A stretch of 64,000 nt of DNA from Felis catus. Taxonomy: Eukaryota. The stretch spans positions 40,734,001 to 40,798,000 of the forward strand of contig NC_058383.1 of NCBI RefSeq assembly GCF_018350175.1. Direction: 5' to 3'. Of this stretch, positions 18,531 through 31,438 are shown in pieces. The position numbers and the translations under genes are program-made. The notes beneath the pieces were generated by a model, which was given only the letters and a program-made list of their open reading frames with translations, was not told the DNA's origin and did no database searches. How positions within the stretch are numbered: the first letter of the stretch is position 1; each line of letters begins with the position of its first letter.

Positions 18531-21500
18531 TCAGCTTCTCCGCCAGGCCGGCCAGGACCCTGAGCCCAGGGACTCCTCTGTGGCCAGGTGGCCTGAGACT
18601 TCCCACACCAGGATCTCACTGTGGGCCACTGAGAAGAGCAGCCGGGCAGAAGGGGCAAACCTGCAGAGCTGCACCAAGTCGTCATGGCCAGCAAAGTCCT
18701 GCACGGCCCCCGACTCACAGTCCACCAGCCTCAGCATACGCTCTGCGGGCAGAGGGCACAGGGCTGGGCAGGACAGGCAGAGTGCCGCGCATGCCAGGCC
18801 CCGTGTCTGTGTAGCTCCGGGGCCCAGGGGTCCCCCAACCCGTCTGGCTGCCGATGCCTCGTGGAGGAATGTGTAGCTAAAAGCCCTGTGCCCTCCATAC
18901 CCCCAGGCCTGCTACCGCTGGGACCAGGGGCAGCCGAGCTAAGGGCGGGCCCATCAGCACCAAGGTGCCTCACAACATGGGGCTTTCGAGGCCCCAGTCT
19001 ACACCACGGAGTCCCTCTGCTGAGGCCCTCGTGCTGGGTACAGCAATCGGCACCCCACACTCCTCATCTCTGGACCCTACGACTCCCCTGGAACAGGTGT
19101 CCTCACCCCACTTCAGGGATAGGGAGCTTGGGACACGGAGGTGAGAGGCACATCTCAGGTGGTGGTATGGGTGACCCACTGGGCCCCGCTCAAGACGGGC
19201 TGGAGTCCCTGCCCACCAGGACTCACCAGCAAAGCCAATGGCCATGAGGTGGGCTCCGGGGGACAGGCTCAGGGACACAGCAAAGAAAGGAAGTGGGATC
19301 TTCTCCACCACCTGTGGGCAGCGAGCATGAGCCTCCCCTCCCCAGCCTTGGATCCCCCCGGCTCCGGGCACCACGCGGGGGTCGGGGGCGCACGTGCCTG
19401 CTTCTGGTGGAGGCTGTAGAAGACCACCTCCGGATGCACGCCGAGACCCGCACACGCCAGCAGTGCCCCATCCCAGGGGCAGAAGGCAACAAGACAGGGC
19501 GGCGGACGGCTGGAAAACTGGGGAGGGCACAGCGTGCTGTGGTGAGGTGGGCAGGCAACTGTCCCCGCCGCCCGTGCCACCAGGAGCCTTACCTCCGTGA
19601 GGGTGGGCGAGGGGGAACTCAGCCAGTCCAAGAGCTCACAGTGGCCACGTGGCCAGTCGGAGGCCCAGATGCTGATCCGCTGGTCTGAGCTGGCAGCCAG
19701 CCACAGGTCGGCACCCTCTGCCCCCAGGTCTCCACACTGGGGGTGCGTGAGGGCTGGTGGGTGCCTCCTGCCCTGCTGTGCCCAATTCCCCTCCCCTGCC
19801 GGCACCCCCAAGGCCAATCCCCGCCAGCTCGTGGGGCCACCTCACCTCTTTGTTTGTGCTCTGGATGGTGGAGATCGGAGCGCCCCGGTGGTCACTCAAT
19901 ACGTGGAAGGTCATCCCTGTGCGGGGACGGCTCACGGCCACAAGCCCATCCTTATCTCCAGAGAGGATGGTCTGACCTAGGCCAGGCAGGGCCACACTCT
20001 GCTATCCTGAAGCCCCTGACCCCAGCCCAGAGGTATGACCTGGGCCCAGCGGGGGCTGCCCTGTCCCCCTGTGGGCCCCCACCCCTCACCATCAGCAGAG
20101 AAGGCAATGGCCGTCAGCGCAGCCCGGTGGGGGCGCATCTTGAGTTCCATGGCAATTTGGGAGACGCTGAAGACACGCAGGGTGCCATCGCTGTAGCCTG
20201 CTGCTACCTGCTGCTCCTCGGGACGCCCGCAGGACGGAGGGCTCCAAGCCAGGCAGAGGCAGCTCTGGGGACCCAGTGGGGACACACCAGCACTCCCCTG
20301 AGGGTGGAGGACAGGAGCCCAGCCCCAAGGCTGGGATGGACACTGTGGGGAGGACATGGCCACCACCAGGCAGGGCCGGGATGTGGTCTGGGCTCAGTCC
20401 CGGTGCCCCCCAGTACCTGGTTCAGCACCTGGAACTGGATCAGGAGCTCCATGCTGGCCAGGGACCACACTCTCACACTCCCGTCATCACTGCATGTGGC
20501 CCAGTGGGACCCACTGGGACTGAAAACCACCTCGTTCACCTGCAGGGAGCCAGCCAGTCCCACCTGAGGCCGCGTGGCCCCCAGGCAGAGAGGAGACACA
20601 GCAGGCCCGGGTCTTTTTTTCTTTAAAGACGTCATTTTTTTTTTTTTTAATTTTTTTTTCAACGTTTATTTATTTTGGGGACAGAGAGAGACAGAGCATG
20701 AACAGGGGAGGGGCAGAGAGAGGGAGACACAGAATCGGAAGCAGGCTCCAGGCTCTGAGCCATCAGCCCAGAGCCTGACGCGGGGCTCGAACTCACGGAC
20801 TGCGAGATCGTGACCTGGCTGAAGTCGGACGCTTAACCGACTACGCCACCCAGGCGCCCCAAGATGTCATTTTTTAAATGTAATCTCTGCCCTCGGTGTG
20901 GGGCTCAAACTCACGATCCTGAGATCAAGGGTCACATGCTCTTCCAACTGAACCACCCAGACGCCCCAAGTAGTCTAGTCTTGAATGTGAATTTCAAGCG
21001 TAAGCGTGAACTCGTAATGCTTCTCACTGAAAAAAATAATTTGGGGCACCTGGCTGGCTCACTTGGTTAAGTGGCCTTTCCTGACTTTGGCTCAGGTCGT
21101 GATCGCACGGTTTTTGAGTTCCAACTCAGCGTCACAGAGTCCAGAGCCTGCTTCAGGTTCTGTGTTTTCCTCTCTCTCTGCCCCTCCCCCGATCACACTC
21201 TGTCTCTCTCTCTCTCAAAAATAAATAAACATTACATTAAAAAATAAAAAAAATAAAATAAAAAACTGGCTGAGCGGTAACAGGTTCCTCTGGGACTCGG
21301 ACCATGACCTCTATGTCGTCTCCCACAGGAGGGACCCCGGGCTCTGAGAAGAAACAGCCACGGCAGGTCCTGGGAGGAGCTGCAGAGGGCCGCCTGGAAC
21401 ACCTTGCTCCACACGAGAGGGAGATCGCCAGCAAATGCCAGCTCAGGTCAAGGCCTCAGGACCCAAGTGTGCAGGCCCCAGTGGGTGAACGGACACGAGT

Positions 21501-24500
21501 TCTACCTGGACCACAGGATCGCACTTGGCTTTGACAGGCAACAGCATGGAAAGCCCCGGAAAGCATGGTGCTCAGGGAGAGAAGGCAAAAAGCAATGCCT
21601 TCTCAAATCCACAGAAACAGGTTGGTCTATGAGGACCAAGGACTGGGCAGGGGAATGGGGGTGAATGGTTAAAGGGTATGGGACCCCCTTTTGGGGAGAT
21701 GAAATGCCCTGAAATTTGACTGTGGTGCTGGTTGTACAATTCTGTGCATGTAACAAAACCACAGACTTTCAGCGGAGAAAGCACAGGGCACGTGGCTTAT
21801 GTTGCAACACGCAGCTGTCACCAAGAACAGAGCAAGTATGCAGTCCTCACCCACCTCAAACTCGTTTCTTTGATGGCAACTGTTGTATCTGAACAAATGA
21901 ACAGATATTTTTAAAAAAGGGGGAGGGGGCTCAGGTACCAACTCCTAGAACCTCCTGCTGCCTAAAGGCTCGCTGAGCATCAGGAGAAACAGTGAGCACG
22001 AAGCTGCGGGACCCACATTTCCATCCAGCGGCTCACAGACACTCCAAACTGGTGGGCCACTGCTGGATGCTGAGGACCAAGCTGGCACCGAGGACACCCA
22101 GCCCAGAAGCCAGACGATCGGCTATCCTGCCACTCCTGCCTCGGCTGTGCCTCGGGGGAAGCAAGCTCACCAGCACGTCTCTCCCGAAAAGGATCAGACC
22201 GCCTAAAACACCCCCGAGCAGTGAGTCATTCTACGAGGACATCGGTGACAGGCAAGCGGTCCCCGAGTGCTTCCTGGTGAGACAGCTCACTCAGCAGGTG
22301 CCACGGGGACAAACTGGCCCTGACCAGGCCCTGGCCTGGCCCCCGGACAGCTCGGACCCCGGGGAGCACAGGGCAGAGAGGCATGTCCGGCCCCGTGGCC
22401 ATGGGAGGCTCCAAGGCAGCCAACATGTTTTTTTCGGCAAATCAATTACCAGAGAAAAAAAGGCATCGTAAGAAACAGGTCAGAGCAGGCCAAAAGGCTG
22501 GGGGGTCCCGCCTATGGGTCCTGGCCTGGGGGGCTGCCTGGGGTTCTGGCCTGGGGGGCTGCCCGTGGGTCCTGGCCTGTGGGGACGTCTGTGGGTCCTG
22601 GCCTGGGGGGACGCCTGTGGGTCCTGGATCCACAAGGGGTAAGCACGTATCTCTGTGCTGTGGAGTCCTCATCCCTGGCGGGACCTCCAGAACCATTTCC
22701 ACACAAACCCGTCTGACTGCTGGGCTCGGACTGGGAACAACCTGGGGAAGGCAGGGACAGAGGACAGCGTGTGTGGCTGGCTGCCCTGCCCCTGTCCGGC
22801 TTGGAAATCCCCTCACCTTACTCCTGTGGCCACTGATGAGGCGGGTGCTGGTGCCCTCGGCCCAGCTGACATACCAAAGGGTCCCCGCCGTGGTGCCCAC
22901 CACGCCCATGTCCATGCTGTCGTGGAAGACGGCGCTCACGATGGCACCATCCAAGGTCAGTTCGTGCTCCATGAACACAGAGCTAGACCTAAGGCGTGGC
23001 GGGGGAGTGGCTTCAAAAGGTGGCAGCCGGGGCCCAGGGCTCTGGGGACACGTCCCCAGCCTGGGGCCACGACCCCCAGGGCCCCGCTCAAGGGGTCAAG
23101 GACACTGGCTCCCAGACACACCCACACACGTCCCACCTGGCACGGGCACCTTTGCGCCTCAGTTCCGGCACGGCCCCCACCGCCCACAGGCGTAGGCGCC
23201 TGGTGTTGCTTCCGCTGACCAGCCGCGCTCCCGAGCACAGCAACACTCCTGGGGGGTAGGAGGTGGCGTGAGCCACTTCCCCAGACGCCCAGACCTCGAG
23301 ACTAAGGCTCCCGGGGAGAGGCCCAGCCCCGAGCTGTCAGGGGGCGCGGGGGCTCCGTCAGGCACCCACCGATCTCGCCGTCATCTGCTTCCCAGGCCAG
23401 GAAGCAGCGGCCGGCACGTGTGTCCCAGACACACACCTGGCCAGCGTTGGAGCCGCAGTAGAGCAGAGGCGCGGCCCCGTAGCAGAGCGAGGTCAGCTCG
23501 CCCGCCCCCACCTCCTGAGGGATGGGCTCCCGGTGCACCTGGAGGGACACAAGGGCAGCGGGGGTCAGCAACGTCCCGGGGCTGAGCCAGACCCCACCCT
23601 CCACCACAGCCTCTGAACCCTGGCACCTGGAGGGTGACGTCAGCCCCGCATTGCTGCAGGAGCCACGAGGTGATGGCACCTTGGCCCACGCAGGTGAGCT
23701 CTCTGGCATCGCTGGGGTTGAAGGCCACGCCGTGCGCTGGCTCCAGCAGGCGGGCGGAGGACAGGAGCTCGCAGGTGGCCACGCGCCACAGGGCCAGGGT
23801 GCGGTCACCGTAGTCCCCTGGGGAAGACGCACAGTGGATGCATCAGCTTCCCGGGAGTCTCAGGACAGGCAGGCGAGCCCAGAGACGACGGTCTCCCCGC
23901 AACCCAACTCACCCAGTGTGACGAGCAGCGCGTCGTCCGGCGAAAAAGCCAGGGCCTGCACAGCGGTGTCGTGGTAAGAGAGAAGGTGCCGGCAGGAGCC
24001 CCCAGGCACATCCCAGATGCGGATCTGGCAGAGGGAGGCTGTGCTGCTGCAGCCCGAGGCAGAGGCCAGGATCTGCCAGGCCGGAAGGCGGGCGGTCAAC
24101 CAGGAGGGCGCAGCCCACCGGCCCACCCTGGGCCCCGTCCTGCTCTGGGGAGGAGAGCCAGCGTGGCTCTCAAGAATCCAGGCTCCCGAGTGCACTCCGG
24201 CCCCAGGCGCACAGGGTAGGGCGTGCGGCCAGCACCTGAGCATTGTGGCTGAGGGCCAGCGTGGAGATCTCCTCGGGGTGGCCGAGCCAGTGCCGCTGGG
24301 CGCCAGAATGCAGGTCCTCCACCACCACCAGGCAGCCACACGTGTAGGCGAAGAAGCCTGGGGGCAGGGAGGGCACCCCTGAGCCAGTCGGCCGGGCCCA
24401 GGGTGCATCCTCCCTGTTTGCTTCCACAGCCGTGGGCGCTCGCGCCTGGGAAGCCCAGCTCAGAGGCGGCACGGGTCCGTGCGGGATGGAACACAGGACA

Positions 24501-27500
24501 GGTTACCGGGAGAACACGCCTCAGCTCGGGGATCCCTCCTGGCCCGCCACCCAAGCCCCCCGCGGTGGCAAGGGCTCGCGTGCTCTGAGGCTGGGTAGAG
24601 TCTCAGAGCCACCTAAGGGTGGGTAGAGCTGGGCCCCTCCCCGCGGCTTCTGGGCTGGGAGCCAGGGTGCACCGTGGCCCCACCTGTATCTGGCTTCCAG
24701 ACCACATTGGCCCGCCCGTTCCCGTTGTAGCCCACGACGGCCTTCAGGAGCAGACGCTCGACTCGGGCACTGGGGACAGAGACACTCTGCGAGGACACGG
24801 AAAGGACGATGGTGCGCCAGCACAGCACCCAGCACCCCGCCCCCCCAGTGTCTCAAGCTCTTCCCCCCTCAGGCCGGGGCCGGGGATGAAGCCTTAGGCC
24901 ATGCAGGATCCCAGGAGACAAATGACAGGAGCCTGGGCCCCAAAGCCTGTGTAAGAGGCCAGGGAAGCCGAGAGGTGTGAACGCTGGGGGCAGGCAGTGC
25001 GGGAGGCACCTGGGTCAGGAGGGCGCAGGTGAGGGAGGGGCGGCGGGGGCGGGGGAAAGGAAGGCTCCACAGGACACCACCTGGGGCCACTGTGGGTGTC
25101 AGCAGGGCAGTAAGAGCCTTGACCAGCCAAGCCAGAGTGCAGACACAAGGTGCACGGGAGAGCTGCAGGGGGACTGGCCCCAAGGGCTATGGCAGCCACC
25201 CCAGGGAGACCCCAGGAAACTGAGCTTCCCAGGGAGAAAGAAGGCTCCCAGAAAACGCAGGGCCATGCCCCCTCCATCCCGGGGCCCGCAGCGTCTCCTT
25301 GTGAAAGGTGCCGTGAGGATGCCCCCAACCGACCTTGACCAGCGAGGAGGCCTTGTAGCGAGCGGTGAAGTGCCTGTAGCAGTCTGGGCGAGCAGAGGGA
25401 TGGGCCTGGGCTTTTGTGATGCTCCGAGCAGCTGGCAGGGAGAAGGAAGAAGCCTCGGAACGTCAGAGCACCCGTGACCGTGACCGTGACTGTTCAGAGA
25501 CCCCTCCTCGCACACGGTCGACTGGCCCTGCCGGATGGGACAAGTGCCTGACCCGCTCCGGATACCTGAGGTCGAGGGCGCACTCAGGCTGCATCCCACT
25601 GCTAGCCTGGCCCGGCGGGGGCCCCAGGCCAGCCTACCTGCCCTGCAGGGAACACCTCACAGGGTAAACCTCAGCCTGTCAGCAGCTGGGCCTCCCTTAG
25701 GCCACCTGGCACCCACAAGACACCTTGGCCGGCCAGTCATGAGTGTCCCTGCCCCACCCTGCAGCCCCTCCTCTGCTTACTGGCCCAGCCACAGGGGTGG
25801 GGACGCATGCTGAAGCCCCAGGGGCCCCCGGGAGTCCCCTGGGCCCCATCTCCAGCCCCGCTGGCCTCTTTCACCAGCATGGGCAGGCTTGAGGCCTGAT
25901 GGAGCCCCTCGGGGTTGTGGCTCTCCTGGGACGGTCCTTCTTTATCTGATGTGGAGAAAGCACCTGGGGAGGCGCGGGGAAGGTGAGAGGAAGGAACAGA
26001 GCTCCCTCCCTCGCCCCTGCCCCTGCCCCTCCCCAGAGGCCTGGAGGGAAGCATGCTGGCTCCACCCAACAGTCCCTCCCAGGACCCCCACCCTTACCGT
26101 CAGCACCCTTGAGGGGCCCAGCATGGGCGCCCAGCTGGAGTGGGGAAGCCTGGGATGGCACAGGCACCTGCTGCCGGGGGAGCCCACCGGTGCCTGCCTC
26201 GGTGTCCTCCGGCTGCCTCGCACCTGGGCCTGGAGACACAAGAGGTCAGCCTGGGCTCAGGGCCCGGGGCGCGCTCGGCACATACAGACAGGTGTCCACA
26301 CACCCCAGTTCTGCACTGGGGACCCCAGAAAAGGCAGTGGCACTATGCTACCCACAGGGACTGAAGAGCCGGCCCCAGAGATCACCACAAAGCCTACCCA
26401 CGTGGTGGGGCCACTCACCAGCCTCGCAGGTCGGGGGTGCCCCAGGTGAGTCTCCGGCACTGCGGGGCAACAAGAGAGTCAGGTGGGGGGGCAGGTAGCC
26501 GAAGGCCTGGTGGACAGGGGTCGAGGGCGGGCACTCGCCTTCCCGAAGGTGACCTCCCGGGGGCACCCAGAACGTCCCATAGGAAGATGGCATCCGCCAC
26601 GCTGAGGAGCTGCCGCTGGCCAGGGGCGAAGGCCACAGCGCGCACGGGCTCTGAGTGGCCGATGTAGACCTGGGGGCAACAGAAGGCACGTCCAGAGGCC
26701 CTCAAGGCATGGCCGGGGCACCACGGTCCTCCCAGAGCCGGGACAGAAGTAGTGCTCCACGCTTCACGCAGCGGACGCATCCTGCAGGCCTGGCCGTGAC
26801 CTCCCGACCCTCTAGACCAGGGCCTGAGCAAGAGGTCCTCTGGGGTGTCAGGCCCCAGAAGGCACAGGGTGAGTTGAGGGTATCGTCCTCCACCTGCCCT
26901 CCCACCACCCGCCACGCACCTGCCTTCGGCACCCACCTGGCAGCTGGGGCTGGCCTTGGCCGGGTAGTCCCACACCCTGATGACCCGGTCAGTGGCCGTC
27001 AGCAGGAAGCGGGCATCCCTGCTGAGAGCCAGAGAGGGGCAGGCCACAGAGTGGACGCCTGATAGCTGCAAGAGGTCTCTTGTCAGTGAAGGGAGATTGA
27101 AGCTCCCAGAGGCCCCGTGTGGGAGAAGCCTCTCCTTCCTCTCTTCTCAGAAAACGCCCCCTCTGAGGAGCGGCAGGTGGCCCAGGGCCCCCCGCCCCCC
27201 GACTCCTCGAGGCACTGCAGGTACCAAAGCTGGAACCCAGAGAGAAAAAGAAGCCAAGCCGCTGACCACAGCCCCGGGCTCACCTCCCGGACCACGCGGC
27301 CCGACGCGGCATCCAGCACCACCACGGTGTGGGACGACGTGGACACTAGCAGGTGGCCGGGGGGTACGGGGCCAAAGCAGATGGCCACAGCCGAGTCCAG
27401 GCGGCTGCTGGCCAGCTCTAGGGCACTGACATCAACTCGCAGCAGCTGGGGGAGAGCAGCAAGTAGCCACCGGCCACGACCTCCAGACGGAGCTGACGCC

Positions 27501-30500
27501 CCCAGAGCCAGAGCGCGGGAGGCGGGCGGCCTCAGGCCCCTCCTCAGCAGCCCTGCCTGCCTGTGGCTCACACGCTGTGTCTGAGTCAAGGCAGCGGAGC
27601 CTAAACCCTCTCCGAGGTAAGCACAGCGTCCCAGCTGCCCCCTCAACTCCCTCCGGCTCCATACCAGGCCAAGGAGAGCCCCTGCCCCTCCCTGCCTCCC
27701 TCCACCCTGGTGGAACCCAGGACAGTCACACAGCAGCCAAGAGATGATCCCCACGGAGTCTGCCGGCCGGGCCAACACAGACACACAGAAAGCTCCAGCT
27801 GACTCACCTCTTCTAGGGAGGCTGTGCTCACGACGGTCACCACGTACTTGGAGGGGCCCACAAAAGCCAGCAGGAGGCTGTCCCCACTAACCACCAGGGC
27901 ATTGGGGGTTGGGTGGGCATCCCGGCACACCATGTTAGCTGCCGGCAGCACGGGGGAACACGGTCAACTGGGTGCAGAGAGGGTACCCGCAGGAGACACG
28001 GGGCAGGACCCAAACCTGCCCCCAGCTGTGGGAAACACCAGCCCAGAGCCTGGCAGGTCACACAGCAACAGCCCACAAGACCCGCACGCGAGAGCACCAG
28101 GTTACCCGGCTACTGCCGGGGCGGCTGGCGGTTCTCCAGGTGACCACCTGGCTGGCCCGAGTTATAGCAGCCACGAGACAAAACAGACAGATGGCCTCGG
28201 GGGGTGCCATGGGGTGGGCCGACCCCCACCTGGTGCTCAGGCCACACACCTGCTCCTGGAGCAGGCTGGCACAGACCCTCATGGACCTGCACTGACCTGG
28301 GGGCCGAGGAGTCCCAAACCACCCTCACCCCGGAGCTCTGGGTAGCGAGCGAGCCCCACCCCGCGGGGACCCGACAAGGACACGGCTGGAGGGCCCGGTG
28401 GGGCCCGGGGGGCCTGACCTGTCACACGCAGGACGCGGCACCGGGTGGTAGAGCAGTGGTACTGGGCCAAGGTGCCCCGAGAGCAGGAGCTGAACAGGAA
28501 GCTGCCGTCGGGGCTGGCGGCCAGGCCGGTGACCGCTCCTTGGTGACGCCTGTAACACACAGGGACCCACTGCCCAGACCTCTCACAGCCGGGCCTGGAC
28601 GAGTCCCCGGAGGGCAGCGGAGGGCCGTCCCCCACCCTGCCCAGCTGCCCCCCCCCACACCACGTCAGCTTCCACCACGGGTGTCTGTGGGGCTGGAGCC
28701 CGCCGGGCACCCACCTGTGCCGTACCAGGACCCCAGCGGCCTCCAGGCTGAAGGAGCAGACGGCCCCGCTGGCAAAGCCACAGAAAAGAACTGGCCGCGT
28801 GGGGTGGAAGGCGATGGCGCGCGGTGTCTCCTCGGGGGACCTCAGGTCATACAGCTGGAGGGCGGGGCTCCGTGAGGGCACGCAGAGGCAGGGCTACCAG
28901 ATGGCCTCTGGCCTCAGGAGCCCCGTCGGCCAACCTCTCCAGCTGGCCTGAGCCCTCAGGCCCCACGGGCCCTCCTGTGTTCCACGTCTGCCTGGGCCCC
29001 ACCCACCGGCCCCCAGGGTGGCCTGCAGCCTTCCGGTCCCCCCCTCTCCGCCATGCCTCCCTTCTGGCCACACCCAACCTGCTGCAGGGTCGCCAGGTCC
29101 CAGACGCGGACGGTGTGGTCCTGGGACACGGTGGCCAGCTGCCCTCGGCTGCACTCGGTGGCCAGGGCCAGCACCGGCGCAGTGTGGGAGCGAGCCAGCG
29201 TGTTGTATTCTCGGGAGGGGACGTCCAGGAAGCCCAGGTGGCCCGAGAGGGTGGCGGACAGCACACGCAGACCGTCAGGGCTGATGCAGACCCAAGAGAC
29301 CGGGCCCTCGTGCTCTGCAGGCGAGGGGGAAGGAGGGGGGCTCGGCGACCTCTCAGCCCCTACCCTACCCACACAGACCCATCTCCTTGCGGCCCGCAGC
29401 TCCCCCATAACCACCGGCTTCTGGGCTCAGCACTCAGCCCTCTGGAGCCCGCGACTGCCTCCTAGCCAAGGGATGGCCCCAGAACACGGCCCTCCCATGG
29501 CCCTCCTCGGTGTCATGGCCCCACCTGCCTCTAGGAGCACGGAGGAGAAGTCCAGGGGCCAGAGGCGCACGTAACCGTCATCGGAGCCCACGGCGCACGT
29601 GGTCTGGGAGACACTGAGGCTGCTGATGGAAATGCCGGGGCCTAGGGGGTGGGCAGCGTCAGCCCAAAGCATCGGGACCGCTCCCCCCACGCAGCGGGGG
29701 ACCCACCCACCTGCGCCAAATGGCTGCTTCTGTGAGGAGTGGCCGCCAGGGGTCTGTGTGGGCAACAGGCGGCGAGCACGCTGCACGGCCCGGCGCCGGT
29801 GGTCGATTTCCAGGATGTGGCCGCTGCGGCCGCACACGTAGCTGCTCGGGAAAGCGACAAGTGAGGGCCGGAGGGGCAGCAGGAAGCAGGAGCCAGCCAG
29901 TTACGGGAGCGAGGGCAGGGCTCACAGCGTATGGCTGTCCTGGGCCTGCCCGAAGGCCAGGTCGGTCAACTCCAGCACGCGGTGCTCCCCCAAGTCCACG
30001 GGGCAGGAACGCAGCTCCCCGCCTCGCAGCCGCCAGAGCCGTACGCCGCCCTGCCCGCACGACGCCATCCTGCCCGGCAGAAACCCGACAGTGGGGACAG
30101 TCCGCACGCCAGGCAGGAGGGGCAGGCTCAGCCCCCACCTGGGCCCCTGGGCTGCCCAGGACCCATCCCGGCAGGGCAGGGGCAGGGGCAGGGCAAGGAC
30201 AGTCCCATCACCTGGTTTCATCGAAAAAGGCAACCTTAAACGCCTGGATGTCAACGCCGGTGTGCGTCTTTGCCAGAAGGACGGCCTCGCCGCCTCGTCC
30301 CACCTGCTCTGTGCCCCAGGCCAGCACCACCTGCGACAAACCCGTGCTGAGGGCCCGAAGCCCGCCCACCCACCCCGCCTGGCCTCCCCTACGCCTCAGC
30401 TCTCCCTTCCCATACCAGCCCGCCTGGGCCCTCGGCGGCCAGGAGTGTGGGCACGTCGGCCTACGCGCGTACCCCGCGGCTCCCACAGACGCTCGCAGCC

Positions 30501-31380
30501 GGGCGCGTCTGCGGAAACGGCGAACACCGACCCACAAGCAGAGACGGACCCGCGGTAGCACAGGAGACCCCGTGGACGCAGCGGACTTGCGAAGAGCTGA
30601 CGTGTAACACACGGCCAGCAAGGACAGCGTGCCTTGTATAAACGCTGCCCCTGTCCGCGAGGGCTGAAAACCCGCCGTACTACACGGTGCGCACGGAGCG
30701 CGAGGCCGGGCTGGGGAGCTCTGCTTCCCAAGCAGTCTGGACTCTACCTGCGCCCCGGACCCCCAGCCCCGGCCTGTTACCGCTCGCCCGTGGGGGTCCT
30801 CGCCCTGGCCCCCCAGCCCCGGCCCGTTACCGTTCTCCCATGGGGGTCCTTGCCGACGCCACAGAGCAGCACCCCGTTGCTGGAGAAGCTGCAAGGGCAG
30901 GCGGGCGGTGAGCGTCGCTGGGGCTGGCCCCCCACCCCTCAGAGGCCCCACGCCCACCTAAGGGAACAGAGGGCGTGGACCGGGCTCCGGAGCAGGGACA
31001 GACACCCCCCGGTCTGGAAGTCCCACAGGCGCAGCATGCTTGGGGGCCGGGCCTGGGCTGAGGCCAGCAGCGAGCCGCTCCCATCCAGCGCCAGGGCAGA
31101 GACCTGGGGAGGGGGCAGGTTGAGGGACGGGGCTCAGCCTGCAGGCGCGAGCCCCCCTGGGGACGGGCCGGCGGTGCCCACCTTGTCAGTATGGCCGAGA
31201 AAGAAGCGCTGCTCCCGGGTGTCCACGTGCAGGACCACAATGACTGCGTGGCAGGGATACACCACAGCAGCCCCATCCTTGGTCCACAGGGCCTGTGCAC
31301 GGGGGCCAGAGTCCGGTGTCACAGGCCGGTTGGCCTCACGCCCCCTCAACCCCGGCACACCCCACCCTGTGTTTCCGGGA

Positions 31381-31438
<58 letters not shown>

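Noticed and set aside
20635-21265. tRNA-like A/B boxes in several elements
   Set aside because: These are tRNA-derived CAN-SINE heads with (CT)n and poly-A tails, not tRNA genes.
22503-22627. CRISPR-like repeat array
   Set aside because: Mammalian DNA; the units are contiguous with no unique spacers and there are no cas genes.
25566-25642. Possible extra WDR90 exon (CTGCAG|...CAG|GTATCC)
   Set aside because: 77 nt would shift the frame, and the flanking exons already join in phase.
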